Assembly (NCBI GenBank): GCA_934101495.1
Contig: CAKORG010000004.1
Location: 1 to 62,364 of the forward strand
DNA from: an uncultured Bacilli bacterium
GTDB lineage: Bacteria > Bacillota_I > Bacilli_A > RF39 > UBA660
Length of the DNA stretch: 62,364 nt
Direction of reading: 5' to 3'
Shown: piece by piece, positions 8,113 through 15,341 of the stretch
Layout: every line of letters starts with the position of its first letter
Numbering within the stretch: the first letter of the stretch is position 1
Notes under the pieces: generated by a model
Databases searched by the model: none
Told to the model about the DNA's origin: nothing
What the model saw: only the letters and a program-made list of their open reading frames with translations
Made by a program: the position numbers and the translations under genes

Positions 8113-8868
8113 GTGGAAATATTAGAGTATGGAAATCCAAAACAAGATAAAATTATCTTAATACATGGATTTGAAAGTCCATATCAAATATGGGATGACT
8201 ATGTAAAATATTATAAAAATGATTATTGAGTAATTGTTCCTATTTTGACAGGACACAACGTCAATGAAAATACAGATTTCGAGTCGTCTGAAATCTGTGT
8301 TAAAGAATTAGAAGATTATTATATTTGAAAATATGGGAATAGAGTTTTTGCTGTTTATGGTATGAGTATGGGTGGAGTTTTTGCTAGTATATTATGGCAA
8401 AATGGAAATATTAAAATTGATAAATTGATAATGGAAAGATTTCTTCTTTTAGGGCTTGAAAATTTTATGATAAAAATTTTAACAAAACAATATTTAATAA
8501 TTACTCATAAAGCACAAGCAAGAGATAAAAAAACTGTAAGAGGAGCAGTTAATTCAATGGTTACTGAAGATAAATTAGATATTTTTATGGAACTATTGGA
8601 TCATATATCTGATACCACTATTACTAACTATATTAGAGAAATTGGAAAACATAAATTACCAAGTAACATAGATACATCAGAAACAGAAATATATTATTTA
8701 TATGGTGGTAAAATTAACGAAATATTATTTAAAAAAGTTGCAAAGTTTTTAGAAAGAAACTATCAAAATGCTAACACTATGTGTTTAAGTGGAAAAGGAC
8801 ATTGTGAAGATGCACTTTTAAATCTCAATGAACATGTAAAAGTGTTAAATAGAGTTTTAAAAAGATAA
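8113..8868 (+). pseudogene. Alpha/beta-hydrolase-fold gene interrupted only by two in-frame TGA codons
   Basis: A single frame reads VEILEYGNPKQDKIILIHGFESPYQIWDDYVKYYKNDY, TGA (8227-8229), VIVPILTGHNV...EDYYI, TGA (8326-8328), KYGNRVFAVYGMSMGGVFAS... The nucleophile elbow G-M-S-M-G and a late GKGHC are both present. There are no frameshifts. Confidence 0.6.
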
Positions 8869-9207
8869 CTAAATTACAATTTATTAGTGAGATTGGTTTG
8901 AAATATAACTAGTCTTTTTATTTTGAAAGAAAGAATAAAAAAATGTCACGGGTTATGATTTTGTCACACATAGTATAATAATAAGAATATAAATAATAAT
9001 TTAAATTAATATAAATATTTATATTAAAAAACAATTATTAAGTTGGTACTTTACTTGTTTTAAAAATATTTTTATATAGCTGTGTTCCATCTGTACTTCT
9101 TATATTTGATAAATTAATAGTAATTACTCCGAGTTCTAATTTGTTACTTTTAAATTTATCATTATCTTTTATAGGTATTATTCTTATTAAATCTCTCCAG
9201 GTTTTAC

Positions 9208-9510
9208 CTAAAATATTTTCTTTATTGTTGATGTTTGTAATTTTTTGTGGCTTTTACCTTCTAAATCTTTAAATGATATTTTGATTTTAAAAGTATTTAC
9301 ATAAGTATCATCACATTCATCAAACATTAGGTATTTATTATTCTTAATAACAATGATATGTGGCATAACATAAGCAACATTTGTATCTGTAATATTTTTA
9401 ATTGAATCATTACTTATAATTGGAGTAGTATTGTAAATCTTCCATCCAATATCAAATTTTCTTTGTAATTTATCACTTATTTTTAATTCTTTTGTTTCTA
9501 TATTTAACAT
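9208..9510 (-). CDS. Hypothetical small protein, paralog of 9998-10279
   Basis: An ATG at 9510 lies 7 nt after AAAGGAG. The segment IETKELKISDKLQRKFDI...TPIISNDSIKNITDTNVAYVMPHIIVIKNNKYLMFD aligns with the other copy. Confidence 0.5.
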   Translation of the reverse strand: MLNIETKELKISDKLQRKFDIGWKIYNTTPIISNDSIKNITDTNVAYVMPHIIVIKNNKYLMFDECDDTYVNTFKIKISFKDLEGKSHKKLQTSTIKKIF

Positions 9511-9583
9511 CAAAAGGCTCCTTTACATAACAAAAAAACTAACTATTTCTGGTTAGCATTTATTATTCTCAGAAGTTATTAAT

Positions 9584-9924
9584 TTATTTATGACGCTGTC
9601 TTCTATTACTTACTTCAGTTATAGATGGAACTGGAAGTTTGTATAAAACAGCTCTTAGTTGTTCAAAATTTTCTTTTTCTGACTTATTTTCTTCCTTTGC
9701 AGAAGCATAGATATCATATAATTTATCAATTAATTGTGAGTCTAAATTTTGTAGATAATGCTCATTTACATTATTTAAATTTAAAATGAAAGCATTATAA
9801 TTATTATCATATAAAGCACCATAAATTCTAATGAAAGCAATTAACTCAGATGATTTTCTTAAAACTGTTTCCACTTTAACAAATTGGTCTTTTCTATATT
9901 GATCTAATACTTTGATTCAGCCAT
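9584..9924 (-). pseudogene. Frameshifted small gene
   Basis: A strong RBS (GAGGAGGAG) and an ATG (9922-9924) give MAESKY followed by a stop. The long ORF (ending at 9584) continues in the +1 frame. One extra A in the run TCAAAGTA would join them as MAESKVLDQYRKDQFVKVETVLRK... Confidence 0.45.
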
Positions 9925-9997
9925 ATTAACTCCTCCTCTTGAACATATTATAACACTTTTTTATATATTTTACTATTATTTAACACTTTTTGAAATA

Positions 9998-10279
9998 TCA
10001 GACATTTAGTAGATTTTTAATATAATCTACAAGTTCCACAAGTTGAATCTTTTTATTTAAACTACCAACATAAATATCAGTAGAATAATTAAATGCTAGA
10101 AAAGTAGTATCTTGAACAATGATCTTATGTGGTTCTATGTAAGATAAATTTGTCTTATCAATTTTTCTAATAATATCATTTATAATAGTAGGTTTGATAT
10201 GGCAAAACTCACATATAAATTCTAGTCTTTGTTTAAGATTACTTTCTATTTCTAGTTCTTGTTTAATAATATTAATCAT
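9998..10279 (-). CDS. Hypothetical small protein, paralog of 9208-9510
   Basis: The second ATG (10279) is 8 nt after GAAAGGA. The segment IKQELEIESNLKQRLEF...KPTIINDIIRKIDKTNLSYIEPHKIIVQDTTFLAFN aligns with the 9208 product. Confidence 0.5.
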   Translation of the reverse strand: MINIIKQELEIESNLKQRLEFICEFCHIKPTIINDIIRKIDKTNLSYIEPHKIIVQDTTFLAFNYSTDIYVGSLNKKIQLVELVDYIKNLLNV

Positions 10280-10319
10280 AAACACCATCCTTTCTTTAGG
10301 ATGATTTCTTTGTAAGACA

Positions 10320-10344
10320 CAAAAAAATCAATCTTTCGATTGAT
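10320..10344 (-). terminator. Terminator downstream of tRNA-Gly
   Basis: On the minus strand, ATCAATC-GAAA-GATTGAT (10327-10344) is followed by T7 (complement of the A-run at 10320-10326). Confidence 0.55.
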
Positions 10345-10389
10345 TCTATATATCAAGTTCAAACTAAATAGTTCGAACAGATTCGTCAA

Positions 10390-10464
10390 TGGAGCAAGTG
10401 AGGAGAATCGAACTCCCATCCCAACCTTGGCAAGGTTATATTCTAACCATTGAACCACACCTGC
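10390..10464 (-). tRNA. tRNA-Gly (anticodon GCC), CCA encoded
   Basis: The reverse complement folds as a cloverleaf. The acceptor stem is GCAGGTG/CACTTGC and the D arm is GTTC..GAAT. The anticodon stem TAACC/GGTTG carries the loop TTGCCAA, and the T arm is GGGAG-TTCGATT-CTCCT. The 3' end is TCCA and the length is 75 nt. Confidence 0.9.
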
Positions 10465-10472
10465 GTAAATAA

Positions 10473-10501
10473 ATTGTATCAAATTTATGAAACTTTTGCA
10501 A
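10473..10501 (-). promoter_or_regulatory. Sigma-A-type promoter for tRNA-Gly
   Basis: On the minus strand: TTGCAA (10496-10501), a 17-nt spacer, TACAAT (10473-10478). The -10 ends 8 nt before the tRNA 5' end. Confidence 0.55.
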
Positions 10502-10507
10502 CAATAA

Positions 10508-10536
10508 TTGATAAAAATGTTAATATTTGTTATACT
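10508..10536 (+). promoter_or_regulatory. Sigma-A-type promoter for the ltaS-family operon
   Basis: TTGATA (10508-10513), a 17-nt spacer, then TATACT (10531-10536). Confidence 0.5.
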
Positions 10537-10558
10537 TTTTAAGTAAGAAGGGATAAAA

Positions 10559-12574
10559 ATGAATGATAATATGAAAAATACCTTTAGAAATTTTAGAAAA
10601 AATATTGTTGAATACGTAATTACTAATCGTTTATTTATATCATATGTAATACTTTCACTTATTGCTACGATATGTCTAAGAAAATTTACGATTGATTCTG
10701 CTTTTAAATTTAAACCACTTATAACAGATTTAGGATTTATTCTTTTAATTGGAAGTTTTGGTTACTTAATAAAGCCCAAAAATCAATTTAAGTATTATTT
10801 TGGTTGGTTAATAATTTTTAATTTAATGTGTTTGATTTCATCAATATATTATAGATTCTTCACATCATTTGCATCAATCGGAGAACTTGCTACGATGGGG
10901 CAAACTGAAACTGTTACTGGATCTATTTTAGATAAGCTTAGATTGTCATATGGTATTTATATAATTATACCTATTATATTTTATTTAATTCATAAAAAAC
11001 TATTATCTTCCGCTTATTATTATTTTATTGATAAGATTGAAAAGAGTAAAAAAATGTTTGTTAGTACTTTAGTTATTAGCTTATTATTTGTAAGTTATAC
11101 ATTTGGAGTTGCTACGAATACTGATTATAGTAGACTTTCTAAACAATGGAATAGAATATATATTGTAGAAAGATTTGGTATTATAATGTATCAAGGTAAT
11201 GATTTTATACAATTTTTAAAACCTCAATTAAGTAGTTTATTTGGTCAAGAGAAAGCAGTTCAAGAATTTAATGATTATTTTGATAAAAAGGAAGTACATA
11301 AAGATAATAAATATACTGGTATATTAAAAGGGAAAAATATTGTGTTTGTACATATGGAAAGTATGCAAAGTTTTTTAATGAACTTAAAATTTAATGGAGA
11401 AGAAGTAACTCCGAATTTAAATAAACTTGCAAATGAAGGGATGCATTTTACTAATTTTTATCCTGAAGTGTCTACTGGTACATCAAGTGATACAGAATTT
11501 ACTTTACTTACTGGTCTAATGCCAGCATCTAGTGGCACAGTTTTTGTAAGTTACTATGATAGAAATTATTTTACTATACCAAAATATTTAGCAAGTAAAG
11601 GCTATAATACGTTTAGTATGCATGGTAATTTATCTAGTATGTGGAATAGAAATAAAGCACATCCATCTTTAGGATATAAAGATATGTATTTTCGTGATGT
11701 ATTTGAATATACTGATAAAGATGTTATAAACTTAGGAATAAATGATAAATTGTTCTTTAAAGAAGCTATGCCAATTTTAGAAAAAATAGAAGATTCTAAT
11801 CAAAATTATATGGGTACTATTATAACTTTATCAAATCATTCACCATTTAAACTTGCAAGTATGCATAGTGATATTGATTTAACTAGTTATTATGAAACAA
11901 CTGATAGTAGAGGTAATACTATAACTAAAAGTTATGATTATTTATCAAATACACCAGTAGGTGAATATATTAAAAGTGCAAATTATGCTGATAGTGCTCT
12001 CGGAGAATTTTTAAATTATATAAAATCATCTGATCATTTTAATAATACTGTATTTGTATTTTATGGTGATCATGATGCTAAACTAAGTAGAAGTGAAATT
12101 AATTATTTATATAATTTAAATCCTGAAACTGGTGATGTTTATTCTAAAAATGATGAAAATTATGTAAATTATGATTATTATGCTCATGAACTTAATAAGA
12201 AAACACCTTTAATAATTTGGACTAAAGATAAATCTTTACAAAGTATATTTAAGGGAGATATTACTTATACTATGGGTATGTACAACGTAGCAGCTACAAT
12301 TTTAAATATGTATGGAATTACTAATAAGTATAATGTTGGTGAAGATATATTTAATGTTAAAGATAATAATATTGTGGTATATCCAAATGGTAATTTCTTA
12401 ACAAATAAAGTTTATTATAATAATTCAACTAATGAATATTTGTCTTTAAAAGGTGAAGAAATAACTAAGGAATATATAAATGATAAATCATTAGAAACTG
12501 AAAATAGATTAAGTGTTTCTAATGCAATTATAGTTTATGATTTGTTAAAAAATAAAAGTATGAATGGAGAATAA
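10559..12574 (+). CDS. LTA-synthase-family sulfatase-domain protein (polyglycerolphosphate transferase type)
   Basis: An N-terminal block of about 5 TM helices is followed by an extracellular sulfatase-like domain. That domain carries HMESMQSF, EVSTGTSSDTEFT (Thr nucleophile context), LSNHSPF and FYGDHD, which is the LtaS pattern. Confidence 0.8.
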   Translation: MNDNMKNTFRNFRKNIVEYVITNRLFISYVILSLIATICLRKFTIDSAFKFKPLITDLGFILLIGSFGYLIKPKNQFKYYFGWLIIFNLMCLISSIYYRFFTSFASIGELATMGQTETVTGSILDKLRLSYGIYIIIPIIFYLIHKKLLSSAYYYFIDKIEKSKKMFVSTLVISLLFVSYTFGVATNTDYSRLSKQWNRIYIVERFGIIMYQGNDFIQFLKPQLSSLFGQEKAVQEFNDYFDKKEVHKDNKYTGILKGKNIVFVHMESMQSFLMNLKFNGEEVTPNLNKLANEGMHFTNFYPEVSTGTSSDTEFTLLTGLMPASSGTVFVSYYDRNYFTIPKYLASKGYNTFSMHGNLSSMWNRNKAHPSLGYKDMYFRDVFEYTDKDVINLGINDKLFFKEAMPILEKIEDSNQNYMGTIITLSNHSPFKLASMHSDIDLTSYYETTDSRGNTITKSYDYLSNTPVGEYIKSANYADSALGEFLNYIKSSDHFNNTVFVFYGDHDAKLSRSEINYLYNLNPETGDVYSKNDENYVNYDYYAHELNKKTPLIIWTKDKSLQSIFKGDITYTMGMYNVAATILNMYGITNKYNVGEDIFNVKDNNIVVYPNGNFLTNKVYYNNSTNEYLSLKGEEITKEYINDKSLETENRLSVSNAIIVYDLLKNKSMNGE

Positions 12575-12575
12575 G

Positions 12576-13202
12576 ATGAAGAAAAAATATAAATTATTAT
12601 TATGTATATTAGTAATTTGTATAATTATTATAATTGGGTTGCTAGTAGTAAAAAATATAGGTAAAGAAACACCTAAAAATACTGTTAAAGTAATAGATAG
12701 TATTGTAGATTTTTCTTATACGTTAGATGAGAGAGATTCTAGTTTAATGAAAGATACTTATAAAAATTTAAAAAAAGTATTAAGTTCTAGAGATATTGAT
12801 TATGAAGAATATTCTAAATTAATAGCAGAGTTATTTATTATAGATTTATTTACTTTAGATAATAAAATTAATAAATATGATGTTGCTTCTTTAGAATATG
12901 TTTATCCAGATAATTTAGATAATTTTAAATTAAATGTTCAAGATACACTATATAAGAATATTGATGATAATACTTATGGCAAAAGAGTAGAAAAATTACC
13001 TATTGTTAGTAGTATAGAGGTTCTAGATGTAAAGCAAAGTACATTTAAATTAAAAGATGAAGATGTAAATAGTTATGTTGTATCTTTAAAATGGAGTTAT
13101 GAACAAGATTTAGGATATGATAAAGAAGGAATTGTTACTTTAGTTAAAAAGGATAAGAATGTATATGTGGTAGAATATAAAGCGGGTGCAGTAAATGAAT
13201 AA
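12576..13202 (+). CDS. Membrane-anchored hypothetical protein
   Basis: An ATG at 12576 follows GGAG, 1 nt after the ltaS-family stop. A single N-terminal TM segment (LLLCILVICIIIIIGLLVV) is present. Confidence 0.55.
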   Translation: MKKKYKLLLCILVICIIIIIGLLVVKNIGKETPKNTVKVIDSIVDFSYTLDERDSSLMKDTYKNLKKVLSSRDIDYEEYSKLIAELFIIDLFTLDNKINKYDVASLEYVYPDNLDNFKLNVQDTLYKNIDDNTYGKRVEKLPIVSSIEVLDVKQSTFKLKDEDVNSYVVSLKWSYEQDLGYDKEGIVTLVKKDKNVYVVEYKAGAVNE

Positions 13203-15147
13203 AATGATTAAGAAATTAAAAAGATCAAATAAAGCATTAAGATTAATTTATTATTTGACAAATGTTACATATTTAATAGGTTTAATTTTATTTATAAAAT
13301 CTATTTTAAGTTTAACAGGTGTTGAAACATTACTTAGAATAGTTGTTATTGTATTGTTTATTTTGTATTTATTATTTTATTTATTTTGGAACTTACTTAA
13401 TTTACTTCAAAGAAAGTATAAGGGGTTAATTATAACTACTTTAATATCTATTTTGCTTACTGTTATATTTTTTGTGGGAAGTTATTATATAAACTATATT
13501 TATAAAAATTTAGATGGGATGCAAGAAAATGAAAAAATTATTTATACAACATATTTAATTACTTTAAAAGATAATAGCTTTAATGAAGAAAGTAAAATTG
13601 GGATAATTAATAAAATGATAGATAATGATAATTACGAATTATCTACGAAATTATATAAGAATAAAAAACTTGATAATGATACTGCTCAATATAATGATTA
13701 TATTAAAATGATAGGGGATTTATATAATGGAAATATTGAGGCAATATTTGTGCCTGGTAATTATGTTACCTTATTTAAAAATGAAAATGGTTTTGAAAAT
13801 ATAGCTAGTGATACTAAAATTATTTATGAATATAGTGAAAAAAGACAAAATGAAGATTTGAATTTAGTAAGTGATAAAGATTTTAATGAGCCATTAACAT
13901 TCTTATTTCTAGGGGTTGATTCTGAAGGTGATGGACTTAATGCAAATGCTGCTTTTAATGGGGATACATTAATGCTTATGTCTTTTAATCCGAAGACTTT
14001 AGATGCTATACTTTTATCAATTCCAAGAGATACTTATGTACCTATTACTTGTAATCATAATAATTATGCTAAGATTAATTCATCTGCTGCTTATGGTACT
14101 AGTTGTGTTATTAGTACAATTAATAATTTACTTGGTATTAATATTGATTATTATGTTAAGATTAATTTTAAAGGTGTTGTTGATTTAGTTGAAGCTGTTG
14201 GAGGGGTGGAAGTTAATGTTGAAGCTCCGAGTTATATGGCTGATAAATATGGGGGAAAGGTTTGTGAACAAAATAGTGATAGAAAGTTTGGGGATAAACT
14301 TGTTTGTATGAATCCTGGAATGCAAACTTTAAATGGGGAACAAGCTCTTGCTTATGCTAGATGTCGTCATATGTATATTGGAAGTGATTTGGATAGAGTT
14401 AAACATCAACAACAAGTAGTGGAAGCTTTAGCTAATAAAGCTATGCATTTTTCAAGTATTAAAGAATTTCAAAATATTTTAAATGCAGTTAGTAAAAATA
14501 TAGCTACGAATATGGATACTGATACTATTTTATCTGGTTATAATGTTGCTAAAAATGTACTTGGTAATAAACTTTCTGGTAAAGATTCTATTAATATAGA
14601 AAAAGCTACTTTAGAAACATATAGTTTAAATGTTTATGTTCCTTCACAAGGAAGAAATACTTCTGCTCAAGGATATTATAAAGATAGTTTATTAGATATT
14701 CAAAAATCTTTTAATGTTATACTTGGTAAAGAGAAAAAAGAATTAATTAAAACATTTAATTTTTCTGTTAATGAAAATTATGTGAAAAGTGCTCCGGGTA
14801 AGGGTAAGAGAACTGGGGCTTCTGGAGAACTCCTTCCTAGTTTTGTTGGTAAAACGGTTAGTGAAGTGGAAAGTTTTGGAAATAGTCATAATATTAAAAT
14901 AAATGTAAGATATGTTGATAGTGGTAGTGAATATTATAATAATGATGTTGCAGTTGGTTTAATTGGAAATCAAAGTGTTCATAAAGATGTTTTATTATCA
15001 ACTATTTCAGAACTTACAGTTTATGTTGTTAATAGTAAACAAACAAATAATAATGTTTCAGAAAATAAATCTGATAATAGTAATAAAAGTAATGATAATA
15101 AAGAACATACTAAAGATGATGATATTATTAAAAATTTGTTAAATTAG
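13195..15147 (+). CDS. LytR-CpsA-Psr (LCP) family wall-polymer ligase with a C-terminal PASTA-like segment and an N/S/K-rich tail
   Basis: The protein has N-terminal TM helices. LCP core motifs are LGVDSEGD, DTLMLMSFNP, LSIPRDTYV, INSSAAYG, DYYVKINFKGVVDLVEAVGGVEV, LNGEQALAYARCRH and DLDRVKHQQQV. Confidence 0.8.
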   Translation: MNKMIKKLKRSNKALRLIYYLTNVTYLIGLILFIKSILSLTGVETLLRIVVIVLFILYLLFYLFWNLLNLLQRKYKGLIITTLISILLTVIFFVGSYYINYIYKNLDGMQENEKIIYTTYLITLKDNSFNEESKIGIINKMIDNDNYELSTKLYKNKKLDNDTAQYNDYIKMIGDLYNGNIEAIFVPGNYVTLFKNENGFENIASDTKIIYEYSEKRQNEDLNLVSDKDFNEPLTFLFLGVDSEGDGLNANAAFNGDTLMLMSFNPKTLDAILLSIPRDTYVPITCNHNNYAKINSSAAYGTSCVISTINNLLGINIDYYVKINFKGVVDLVEAVGGVEVNVEAPSYMADKYGGKVCEQNSDRKFGDKLVCMNPGMQTLNGEQALAYARCRHMYIGSDLDRVKHQQQVVEALANKAMHFSSIKEFQNILNAVSKNIATNMDTDTILSGYNVAKNVLGNKLSGKDSINIEKATLETYSLNVYVPSQGRNTSAQGYYKDSLLDIQKSFNVILGKEKKELIKTFNFSVNENYVKSAPGKGKRTGASGELLPSFVGKTVSEVESFGNSHNIKINVRYVDSGSEYYNNDVAVGLIGNQSVHKDVLLSTISELTVYVVNSKQTNNNVSENKSDNSNKSNDNKEHTKDDDIIKNLLN

Positions 15148-15167
15148 ATTATTAAATTAAAGTTAAA

Positions 15168-15206
15168 GAACAAGAATTAAACTTATATTAATTCTTGTTC
15201 TTTTTG
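15168..15206 (+). terminator. Strong intrinsic terminator after the LCP gene
   Basis: A perfect 13-bp stem forms between GAACAAGAATTAA (15168-15180) and TTAATTCTTGTTC (15188-15200). TTTTT follows. Confidence 0.8.
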
Positions 15207-15256
15207 TGTTAAGGTAACAGCCCATACTAAATTTATATAAAAAGTAAATAGGTGGC

Positions 15257-15275
15257 TTTTTTTTTTTTTTTTTTT
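15257..15275. repeat. Homopolymeric T19 tract
   Basis: There are 19 consecutive T residues, 67 nt upstream of the ATG at 15342 and just upstream of TATAGT-like -10 candidates (15291-15300). Confidence 0.95.
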
Positions 15276-15341
15276 GATTTAAAATGGATATATAGTATAG
15301 TAGATATCCAGTGTGGTATTGTTAAAAAATGAGGTAAGTTT

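Noticed and set aside
8944-8979. Two TGTCAC hexamers 18 nt apart followed by TATAAT
   Set aside because: The spacing to any -35-like element is wrong for a sigma-A promoter. No gene follows on that strand for several hundred nt. This is likely chance in AT-rich DNA.
9044-9207. Start-less 54-codon frame on the minus strand (GKTWRDLIRIIPIKDNDKFKSNKLELGVITINLSNIRSTDGTQLYKNIF…), which reminded me of the C-terminal 'RLxGVxxSNL…QxxLF' end of Y-family DNA polymerases
   Set aside because: The resemblance rests on a handful of residues in a very short, AT-rich segment, with no start codon and no other polymerase motifs. It is too weak to annotate. A TBLASTN against UmuC/DinB families would settle it.
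10276-10482. 68-aa ORF on the minus strand
   Set aside because: It is made up largely of the tRNA-Gly gene (10390-10464) and its terminator, so it is not a protein-coding gene.
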